NCBI GenBank assembly: GCA_000708835.1
Contig: DF237133.1
Span: 93,215-157,214 of the forward strand
Reading direction: 5' to 3'
DNA from: Klebsormidium nitens
Lineage: Eukaryota; Plantae; Klebsormidiophyceae
Length of the DNA stretch: 64,000 nucleotides
Both the position numbers and the translations under genes were made by a program. The first letter of the stretch is position 1. Each line of letters starts with the position of its first letter. The notes below the pieces were generated by a model. That model was not told where the DNA came from and did not search any database. It was given only the letters and a program-made list of their open reading frames with translations. Positions 36,819 through 47,117 of the stretch are shown here, in pieces.

Positions 36819-37899
36819 GGGGTTTGCGGTTTGGGGTTTTGTGGACGGACGCAGAGGGCAGGGATTGGAGGTGGATGCAAGGGGGGTGGGGAAGTGAGGA
36901 AGTTCCGAAAGCCAGGGAGGAGAGAAGAGAGTTTTGGGGTTTGCGGGAAAGGAGGGGCGGCGCTAGAGGCGGGGGACGATGCGGTTTGGAAAGCTTCAGT
37001 ACTTTCTCAGGACAGGGCGAGAAGGGGGGCGGTGCGGGTGGGGTGCGAGGTGCTAATTCTATTCAGGCGGAACGTGAAGGGGCCATTTTATTGAAGCCAA
37101 GTCGGGGGCATTCTGAGCCAAGGGATGGGGCCCCTTTGACGGCAAGAAGAAAGGAGAGGATGCCGAGTGCTGGGGGTGCGATATCGGAGCGGGGTTCGAA
37201 AGGGACCGGAGGGGAGTGCAATGCAAAGCTCTAGATTGGGGGCTGACCAAGGGCTTAACAGGCACCTCTGATTGATGACAAATACAAAGGGCATTTTCCG
37301 CCTATTCAATAGGACTGTGTTGGGCGAAAGAAATCTCCGTTGCTGACGGCATCTCTAATCTCTCGTATTTATCTACTGGCTATATCGGATCGCTGACGTA
37401 CCGTATAACCGGGTCTGGATTACGTCCGGAAAGCGGACTCTTTCAGGCCAGCAGCAAGACTAGGGAGCTCGTATCATACACAAGACGCTGAATACTGCAA
37501 CTAGACTATTCTGCGGACTGCTAGTGGAAGTGGAGCAATGTGACATGGTTGTTGCTCTTCTCATGCAGCAACCCTCCTTACGAGGGAAATCAATCAAAGC
37601 AGACTTATTATGAGCTTGGTGATTTCCTCAGTTGATTGATCGAATCAAACGGTCCTGTTCAATCGACGCAGCCAAACTTACCTTGAAGATCTTTGGGCTG
37701 CGTCTTTGAAAGGTCGCAATTCGCGACACTCACTTACCATACAGGCTGGCCCGGCCGAAGCTACCTGGCCGAAAACGGCCGCCCGGGCATAGTTCCACTC
37801 TCCTCTCGTCTGCCGTCGCACAAGTTCAGTCTGGCATTTGGTGATTGAAAACATGCCTTTATATCCGTGAATTGACCGCCAGCCTCTATCCACAAGCCA

Positions 37900-38745
37900 C
37901 CTAGGGTGCAAAACCGGCTGTTACGGTTGACCGTCGAACCGGTCAGTACTCGTCAGAGTACCGTCGGTACTGGTGACGCGGTTCACGTCGATTGCAGGGC
38001 ATCCGTGTCACGGGCCCACGGCCCGTGACCGATCGGTCGCGGCAAAGTGACCGGGTGTCCACACTTTTAATTTTAGTGTCAGCTACGCAAGCAATTGGGT
38101 CACGATTTACACTATAAAACCCTAATTTGAGCAAGGCACCTAGGAACACATATCTTACTCAATTCTTAACCGATACACATGCTCTAAAATGCTGGACAAG
38201 CTACTAGAATAGAGTAAGCATAGAGGNNNNNNNNNNNNNNNNNNNNATTGGGCAAATTGTCAAAATTATTAATTTCTGCCCAACCGGCGTGTTGGTACGG
38301 TATGTACCGCACCGTACGGGTGAAAGTTTAAATTTTGCGACTTGCCGTCGGATTGTAAATATGGTTGACAATTACCGTCCGATCTCCGAAGAACAACTAT
38401 TGTCAATCATTGAGTCTGACATCAACAGCCACGCGTCGCACAATCCTCGATCAAATCCGTACGCTTGAAAAGGAGTGTTGGGTACTTGATAGAACCTGCG
38501 CTTCAACCTAGGTGCTACGGTATATCCGTGCGTTGATCAAATACCCAAACCTGGAATATCATCTCATCTACCGGGCACAGGTGTAGAATCCTTTCAAGAA
38601 CGCCGAATTTAGAATTGAAGGTCTGTTTCTAAAGAAATCGTAGGCTTCGTTGGCACGTGGGTGTTACCTACCCGACAGACCGGCGCGACACCCCGGTCAC
38701 GGCGGTCTGACAAATCCGTGACCGGTGTGTCACGGGCCAGAATGC
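37900..38745. repeat. Related hairpins on both sides of an assembly gap, probable DNA-transposon remnant
   Basis: GTCACGGGCC-CAC-GGCCCGTGAC (38007-38029); 16-bp stem 38687-38702/38716-38731 with one mismatch; 12-mer GTGTCACGGGCC shared by both sides. Confidence 0.45.
38227..38246. other. Assembly gap (20 N)
   Basis: Run of N characters. Confidence 1.
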
Positions 38746-39858
38746 CCCATAGGTGCCTTGTGTCTCAGTGCAGCTGAGCACGCCCTCAAGATCAGGCGGC
38801 CTAGCTCCAACAATATTGAACTGATTGCATGGGTTAGGCTTAGCTCATTGCATATGCATCATGGCGGTCCCCTTGGTAAACAACGCGCATCGCAAGCTCA
38901 TGCAGGCCCTCCGGGTATATATACTATTTATTTTTTAAAAACTGATATGCACATGTTGAGAATGTGCACGTGCCAGTCGGAGAGCTAGCCTGCCGTCCAT
39001 TCCTTAACGCTGGCATATGTACGCATGTGCCTAATTTGCACTTATAGTATAAGTCATGTCAGATGTATACACGCCATGAAGGATCGGTACTATAGTCTCC
39101 AGCTGGTTGCAATGATACTATGTTCGCGGCCATATGCATGCATGACATACTCATGCGCAAACGATCGATCATCAGATTGCCACTTACGTCGAGTGCTTAA
39201 TTTGAAAATGCAAGAGTATTAATAACGTGCCGCGATTTAATTTCGACCTGCAAAGCCTAGATCAGGTTTCACGTGCATGAAATGGTCTGATCGGATCGAT
39301 CTGAATTGTCACGAGAGCTGAGTCCTTGTCCCTTATGTTACAATCGTTGGAAGCTGAGCTAGAATGACCGGATGCCATGAGATCCATAACATTTGTGCCG
39401 AAATTTTTCAGCCCTACCCTACCTCTCAAAGCGCACAAGTTATATGACACCATCAATACATGCTGCCCGGCTTGACTTCATCGTAGTGTCTTTGCTGCCA
39501 GAATTGCGTCTCCTCGTTAAGAACCGTGCCGCGGCAAGCAATCAAAGACCTATGCAATTTGTCTATGGCTAGCGTGCTTCTCAGGTTTATCCGTTCTTGA
39601 TCCGGGCCACTTGATTGTAGACACAAGCGTATTATATATCGATCCGGCAAGCAGGACCGTACATGTCAGTTTTGGTTGACAACGGTGTTTCGAATTTCTG
39701 CTTTTTCTGGCACCTCGCCGCTGTGCAACAAAAAGAAGGTGTTGGGGTCAGCGGAGCATTGGAAGGATTGAGGAGAGGATGAGTAACGTCTTAGGTCTAT
39801 GTCAAACAATATTCTATGTTAAGAGGAAGCAACCAAAGCACTTACCGAAGATGACACC

Positions 39859-42800
39859 TCATAACAGAAGAGGCTGAGCGGCTTCGTCGGCTTGGCACAC
39901 AAACGGATGCTGTAGTAACTGCAACAGAGACCGAACGAGGAAGCTCACATGTAAAGATGCATCGGTTTAGTGGCCTGGGCAGGACTGGCAGTTCCTGAAA
40001 GCGAGCGACTCTTGTCATGACGCATACAACGTACATAGATTCAACACTTAACGTGGCTTCCAAAGGTCAACCTGAGGCACAGCGAAGACTAGCCCTCTAT
40101 GATAGTCCATAATCTATCACCGCTATGTTGTCTGGTCAGCCTGTGTGTGGCAAAGCTCTTCTCCTCACCTGTGTGGCCGTTGGACGTTCCTTCGGGTCTA
40201 GTGCAAAGCAAAGACTCAAAAAGTCATGTGCCAAGGGAGACGCGTCCTTCGGTGTTGGGGGTGCCATGGGAGACGCGTCCAATATATTCCTGGGCCATGC
40301 TTTGTCCACGGCACGGTAATAGGGCTCCGCCTTCCACGTGTACAAGAAGCTGCGCGAAGGGTAACTGCGGAGGCCAGTTGAAAGATTAGTTGCAAGAATC
40401 GAACCCTAAGCTGAAAAGATTTGAGGCTATCCAGACACTAAAGCATCCCCGTGTCGCTGCTGCAACGAGACGACAGGGTAGATGATTGAAGCGCATGAAA
40501 CATACTTGGTGTGACTCCCACATGAGCAGGAACAAACCCTGGGGCTTCCGGAAATGGTAGTGCGTTGAAACGGAACCGACGGAAAGGCTAAGACACCGAT
40601 CCTGGCCCGTCAAGCAAGCCTGTGAGAGAGAGAAAGCTGCGCTGGTGCACAGCTCCTCGCCAGGAGCACAACCAGGAGGGCAAGAGGAATTGTGCAAGAG
40701 TACTATGCGATTCCTTACCGTCCGGTCAGCATTTGAATGACGGTACAGCCTACGCTCCAGATGTCTGCTTTCCGACCATCTTTAGCGCCCCCGCTGACGT
40801 CCGGGGCCGGCCAGCGTCCCTCGAGCTCCCGGACCCTCCAGGAGGGCAGGATCCCCGTGTCATTGCGGAACGCCTGCCAGATTGGATTGTGTTGCATGAA
40901 ACAACCGGAGTTTAGAAACCAATGCTGTGCAAACAAGGTCTTCCGTATAGAAGCTCTTTCAAAGAATGGGTAATTGCTGGAAACTTCTAGCGAGAACTAA
41001 GCTGCATTCCCGCTCAACCGTTCGGCTCTGATTGTAAACAAGTGCTTCCGTGCATTGACGTTGTTGATGCGGCTCTGCACACCCCAATTGCATGGAACAT
41101 GCCGCTCACTTTCAGAGCGCCAAAACCAGCAAGCTTGATCACGCCGTCCCCATCCATTATAATGTTGCCGCATCTGATGTCCCCGTGAATGATGTTGCAA
41201 TCGTGCAGGTACTCTAGCCCCTGCAGCAGTTGGCACGTGTACACGCGCACTCGCCACTCGTCGAACCCGCCAGAGCAGGGCAATAATTGTTGAATCGACC
41301 AGGGACACACCCACTCCAAGAATACGTACAGCGATCCAGGGACGTCGTCCTCCTCCATGTTGATGAAGCTCACAATGTGCCTGGTACAATCGCATGTGTT
41401 TCGTTCGTTTGGTATTTGGTGCTAAGGAGGCTTCTAATGAAAAACAGGTGGTTTTGACAATAGTTCGGCCCTGCCTCATCGTCGCATACTCTATCCCCAA
41501 TTAATCTGCTCCCAAGAGGGATGCCTTGACAAACAGCGGGTGTTCATTTGATGGGCTAGCACTCCTTTGATGCGTGGTTCTGCTTCTAAGTAAGGATACG
41601 GTGCATTAAAACCAAGCCACGAAGCCGTCCCTTTCAGCAATGGTCAAGCCCACTAGGTCTGTGCCAGCATAGTCTTTGATCATCACGGCCTAAGAACCTC
41701 ACACACAGACACGTAAGTGAGAGCTGCCGAGGCCACGAAAGCATGAAAGGAGCAGATTTTCGAGGAACGAAACAACTCTCAGGCCTGCTGATACTAGGTT
41801 CTCTTCAAGCGATTGGCCTCTCACATAGACCCGTGGAGCTGCCCACCTGTGGTGCATCTTACACGACAATTCGTGCTCTAGGGCTTCCACGTGACGCTGG
41901 TACTCGCCGCCAGACCCGACGATGAGCTGGTGCATCCACTTTAATGTCTCTAGCTGCAACTCCAGACTAATTAGCTGCTTCACAATCATCAGCTGCCCAT
42001 TCTCCTGCACACAAACAAGCGGAAGCAGCGTCAAAAAAGGGGACATTGATCTCGAAAGAGGCGACCTTTTTTAGAGAAGTTGTTGGAGACTATTTAGAGT
42101 AACATGGAGCTCACCACCCTCAGCTGGCCGCTCATCTCGTACAAAAACAGGAGGCAGGTCAAGACCTTCAATTGATAACTAGTTCGTTTGTGCTTTGCAC
42201 AAGGAAAGAGACACGCAGTCAACAAGCACAAGGCCTGACGATAGTCGTTGTCCAAGATGAATGCGAAGCATCCATTGAAGTAAGGGGATCCTGTCAGACC
42301 CTAGCCTGACCGCTCACCTGATTCTTGCCCGCAAAAACCTTCCCATAGGGGCCCAAATGAATTTCCTTCCCCCGAGTCCACACAAGTGATCCCGTCTGTT
42401 CTGTCTCTCCCTCGTCAAACAAGCCTTCCGCACCGGGTGGAACCAGCGCCTTGGGCTTCTTGTTGGGATCGCAGCTGCCATTACACCCCACCTTCTCACA
42501 CGGCCCACCTTGAAGGCGCACGCTCTCAGTGAAAGGTCCCCCCCCAGCAAGACGGCCTTCAACCCCAGACTTCCTACAAAAGTCTGGGGTTGAAGGGCCT
42601 CCCCAGCTGCTGTCCTCAGCAAATGGATCCATCCACTCCAGCTGTACCCCCTCGCTCCTCCCGTAGGTCTTGCCCGCCTGTGTATCAACCTGAACCGTAG
42701 TCAGCAGTATCATAAGGCAGTCAGCAGCCATGAAGTTTGCCGGTTTCATAGCGTCAAAAGTCCTGCCGATGAGGCTTTGAAAAAAGACAATGTATCTACA

Positions 42801-44457
42801 AGTTGGCGCCAACTTTAATGATCAATGTGATGAGATATTCCTCCAACGCTGTAAGGCATGTCATTTGACTATCCTTGTACTGCCCTAAAGCTCCGTTGTA
42901 TGCGACATAGAAATATTCCACATCTGGTTTCCCCACATCCTTCGACTTTCAGCTCCAGCAAGGAAACATGAAAGTAAGATCTAGAACTGTCACGATCTAG
43001 GAAAACAAAGCCCTCTCACCTCTGTCATAGAAGGCAGCCTCAAACCATCGTTGATCTTGTCCCACCCAGCTGCATCCTCCTCAGCGGTTCCTGCTGGTAC
43101 ATTCTGCGACCCGTCTCCTTCAAGCTCCTGACAGTATCACACGAGTTGGACAAGGCTCACGATGATAAGAAGGTGGGCGTCAGTTCATAAAGTCAATAAC
43201 GGCAAAGTTTCACGTGTCCCTGATGTGTTGACAATGCTGTTAGAGCAACCACAATTTTTTACAATGCTAGAAGCCCTGGATCTTGTTCCTTCTCCTCAAC
43301 TGCCGTCCTGAGGGGATTATAACCTGAGATTGACATGCTCTACAAAGAACTACACGTTGATCCCCGTAAGGAGAGCTGAGCTTACCTCACAAATGTCCAT
43401 CGAAGACCCAAAATCAGAGAGACATTGAAAGGATGCCATCGGTGATACCCGCCAGCTCCTTGTCCGAGGAAATGTGGCAGTACAAAGCATTCCTGTTTCT
43501 GACAAGGACAGCCCTGCCAGAAACATAGATTATCTAGCGGTCAAACTCCATTGTAGAGTGCTTTTACAATGAACGATATGCAGAGCGTAGAAGGGCCAAT
43601 AACTACGATTGCTGCTCACCCAACAAAGTAAAGGTCCGGAGATCAGAGGTGCAAAGAATGTGTCATCCAAGCAAGAGCAGTCTTCAAGAGCAGCTGAAAT
43701 GATCATAAGCTATAGTATCAATTGAGAACCCGAGCTGACAGACGCTTACTTGAGGGGACCAGTTTTGAATGTGAAGCATTTTATTGCTAAACTAGGTTCA
43801 AGTCCATTTGCCACACCTCGCCACACTCTTCCCAAGAAAAGAAGCATATCACATGATGTCTGAACACCCACTTCATCAGTAGATTGCTGATGCAGGAGCC
43901 AGAAGAGTAGACCTGAAGAAAGCATTCAAAGGCTTACCAGATCCTACCATCCTTTTCAGGCTCCAGATGCTGGGAAGGGGGCTCGTCATCAAGGAATGAT
44001 TGCCGTCCTCTGCTTGCATTTCTTGCCAGTATACAGCCCTTACAAACCCCTCTCGCAGTTCCTTCTCCTTGTTGCCTAAACTCTTGAAGGTCTCAGGATT
44101 ATTGAGGGGGATCCCTTCGGGCCATCTTAGGTAGCTCCTCAAGACATTGCACTCGTCCGAGCAAAGCTGACTGCTGAGACACCCACGTCCAAGGTCTTCC
44201 ACATGCTCCTTGATATCACGGGTTATTGCCTCCTCGCTCCTCTCCGTCACAGGTCTCGGGTGCTCCAATGTCATAGCAGCACGTTTGATTAGCCACCAGT
44301 ATGCCAATCTCACCAACCGGTGCAGCCTGTCTGATGGCCTTCTCAACTCACACAGCTTGAACTTCGCTCTGTTCCCATCCTCCACCCTCCACTCTGTATC
44401 CCACTTGTCGAAAACTTCTGGGTACAGCTCAGTTAAAGCAGGCTCCGAGGCAGCCAT
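39859..44457 (-). CDS. MAPKKK (STE11/ANP-NPK1-like)-derived probable pseudokinase with an unknown N-terminal domain, 10 inferred exons (44457-43938, 43693-43620, 43498-43391, 43127-43020, 42689-42318, 42004-41847, 41380-41110, 40873-40719, 40289-40169, 39918-39859), ~648 aa
   Basis: WTRGKEIHLGPYGKV, IVKQ, LEHEL..HRHIVSF, YTCQLLQGLEYLH..IIHGDIRCGN, IKLAGFG, APD, KADIWSVGCTVIQMLTG, DFLSLCF..P.ERPTATQLLQHPF. GT-AG exons sum to 1947 nt without a stop. The N-terminal exons are linked by phase only. Confidence 0.82.
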
Positions 44458-45231
44458 TTAGAGCCGCCTCAAACCTTCCCACTTTCAGAGAGCGAGGAGC
44501 ATCAAGGCTGAGCGATTGAATGAATGAGGAAGGCGTGCTCCAAATGGCTCCCGGCACGCAGCGCTCACGACGCTCACCTGCTGCAGGAGCTGCAGGCTGG
44601 CGCATGGCGCCATAAGTGCAGGCCGTGAATGATATGACCTTCAGGCTTTGGTTGACGATCTCCGTCCGATGGATACGGCCATGTACGACCGTCGGATGAC
44701 AATGGTTGGTCAAGCTCGGTCTTCTGCTGCCTTATTACCGTAAATCAAAAACTTTCAGTGTTCCTATTGGATGATGAGCGTCGGCGGTCGCCATGTGGGA
44801 AAACCACATGACGCCCGTGAACATTCGCACTGATGCATGCGACCATCGATGGCTCATTCCGATCCGCTGCAATCACCGTCCGATAAGCCCATTCGCCAGT
44901 CGTCTTGGCCGGACCTTAATTGCATGCTACACTGTGACACTGTGCCCTGCAGCCCTGCTCTCCTGCTGGCCCGAGCTTGCATCAGTGTCTCTTTGTATCT
45001 TCGTATACCCCAGATGGACCCCAGATGGACGGACTTTGGACGCCTAATTTATGTTTTCTTGCTCAGGCTCCAAAGGAGTCCCAAAGCCCATGAATTTTCG
45101 TCAATGCGAGCACAGTGCAATCGTTGCCACCGGCCGGCCCTTATTTGATTGCCGGTCAATCGTCCTCCGATTTCCTGGGGTTGCCTGCTCGTGCCACGAG
45201 GGTTCCTTGACACCAAGACGGACCAAGGGAT

Positions 45232-45600
45232 TGTATAAGAGGTCTCTGACGTCACTAACCATAGGGTCCGGATAATTATAAAAGACGTCACTTTAGAATT
45301 GACTGGAATACTTGATACTTTTCCCGCTTACAGCGCTTATACCTTAGAACTTTCCTGATTTAACCAGAAGGCTAAGGACGGTTGTAGACTAGAAGTGGAC
45401 CTTCGTACCAGGCTCCGTGAGGCATTCAAGCACACCGAGTCACGACACCGGCCTCAGTTTTTCGGAGTATAAAAGCGAGCCGATCCAACTTTCTTTCCTC
45501 ACTTCCAGTTTTTCCTTTCGGGATTTCTAGTGGCAGAAGGCGGCGCCCAGGGTCGACGGGCACGGTCAAGGAGGTGACGTCAGCAGCTTGCTGACGTAAT
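45232..45600 (+). mobile_element. Possible solo-LTR-like fragment
   Basis: Starts TGTATAAG and contains a TATAAAAG box (~45467) followed by a pyrimidine tract. Ends near ...TGACGTCAGCA. No TSD found. Confidence 0.25.
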
Positions 45601-47117
45601 ATTTGGAATTAGACATTGTGTTACTTCGGTATGGCAGGCGTCAAATGGGGAGGTCGTTTTCAGCACCTCTCATTGCGCTGAGCAGACCTTTGGCAGCTAA
45701 ACTCGGAACTTCTGGCGATAGAGGTTGTCAATGAGGTGCATCAGAATTGCCCGGATTGCTAGACCAACTTGTCAAAGCCAGTCGATGTGAGTAAGTCATC
45801 TTCGTCGACTATCAACCGTTAGGGCATTGGTACCGCAAGTGATCAAAGCTGGCTAGCTTTGCATGTGAAGGCAGCTCTAAATCCGGTGGTCTCTACACTC
45901 TAGAAGTCCTAGAAGAAATGACACTTCAGGAATAGTAAGCTCAAAGACTAGTAAGATCACTAGCATGGGACGGGTTACGGGATATTCTGGGGTTTTCTAG
46001 GCCGGTGGGTACGGGTGCGGAGCAGGTAGATTTTTGTGTTTGAGCTTACCATTCATTTGAGCTTACTATTCCTGAAGTGTCGCGACTCCATTGGCAGTTC
46101 TAGCCACGCGGGAACGCGCCCGGAACGCGGCCGCAAAATCTTCGTCACAAGTGCCAGCCCAACCAAGCTGCGTGTGTTCAATGTTTTGAGACATCATGAG
46201 CGGTCACTTGGGTCGGAGGGACTCAACCCCACTGCACAGCGGCACATCATGCGCATGGGCCATGGTGGGTCAGGGGTCGAGTAGATTGGTCAGTGACCTT
46301 GGTTGGACTAGGATTGGCCATAATCACTTCATTTGATTGAACATGCCTTCTCTCAAGTACCTGTTGAGTCAACGAACATGTATATTGCTACACGCGTTTG
46401 CAGCGGTATATTAGGCATCTTATCACTCCTTGCTCGACTTTTACTACTCAGCGCTATAATTGATCTTTGCGGCGGGGTAGATAGCAATGGAGAGGCAATG
46501 GACCGTCGCCGACGCATGATCTGAATACGGCTGCAGTCTCACGTACGAAGTTGCAGTCCCGTTGTAGTTCAGCGTAGCATTTTGAATGCTTACGAGCCAA
46601 CGCAATTCTTGAGTTCCTCAGTAGCGCGTTCGCAGAAGTCTGGCCCGCGGCACTGTTGCACCGCGTCAACCAATCTACCTTCCATATTCCAATCTGGATA
46701 AACATGAAGATTGGATGATGTGGACCGAATGAGATGCTTCACAACCTTATATCTGCGGGTTCTCAGGCTTGGCCAGATTGGGAACCCGCTGGATATTCGA
46801 CCGATCATGGACAAACGAACCTTTTATTTCTGAAAATTGCCGCTCGCACGGAAGTAGCTGACGAACTGTGTGATTATACCCCCCTTATTAGTACCTTCTA
46901 TGAATGTTCCGTCCCGTCGGATCTCGCGTTTGCTACATCCCTAAGGCGCAACATGCTCGACTTGGGCGCTCCAGCACCCCTTGCAGGTGCGCCCCATCCT
47001 AGTCTCTGCACCACGATTAGGAGGATCGTAGCAGTAGTTCCTTACGACATTTATGATACAGTTGACTCGTTAGAAACCGCATCGACGACGACCTCTTCCT
47101 ATTTAAGTGACAGAGAA

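Noticed and set aside
36444-37234. Long ORFs with GLGSGVW/GVWGLGS repeats
   Set aside because: Translation artefacts of the 7-mer satellite.
37740-37860. Minus-strand exon-like fragment ending at ATG|GTAAGT
   Set aside because: No partner exons or motif.
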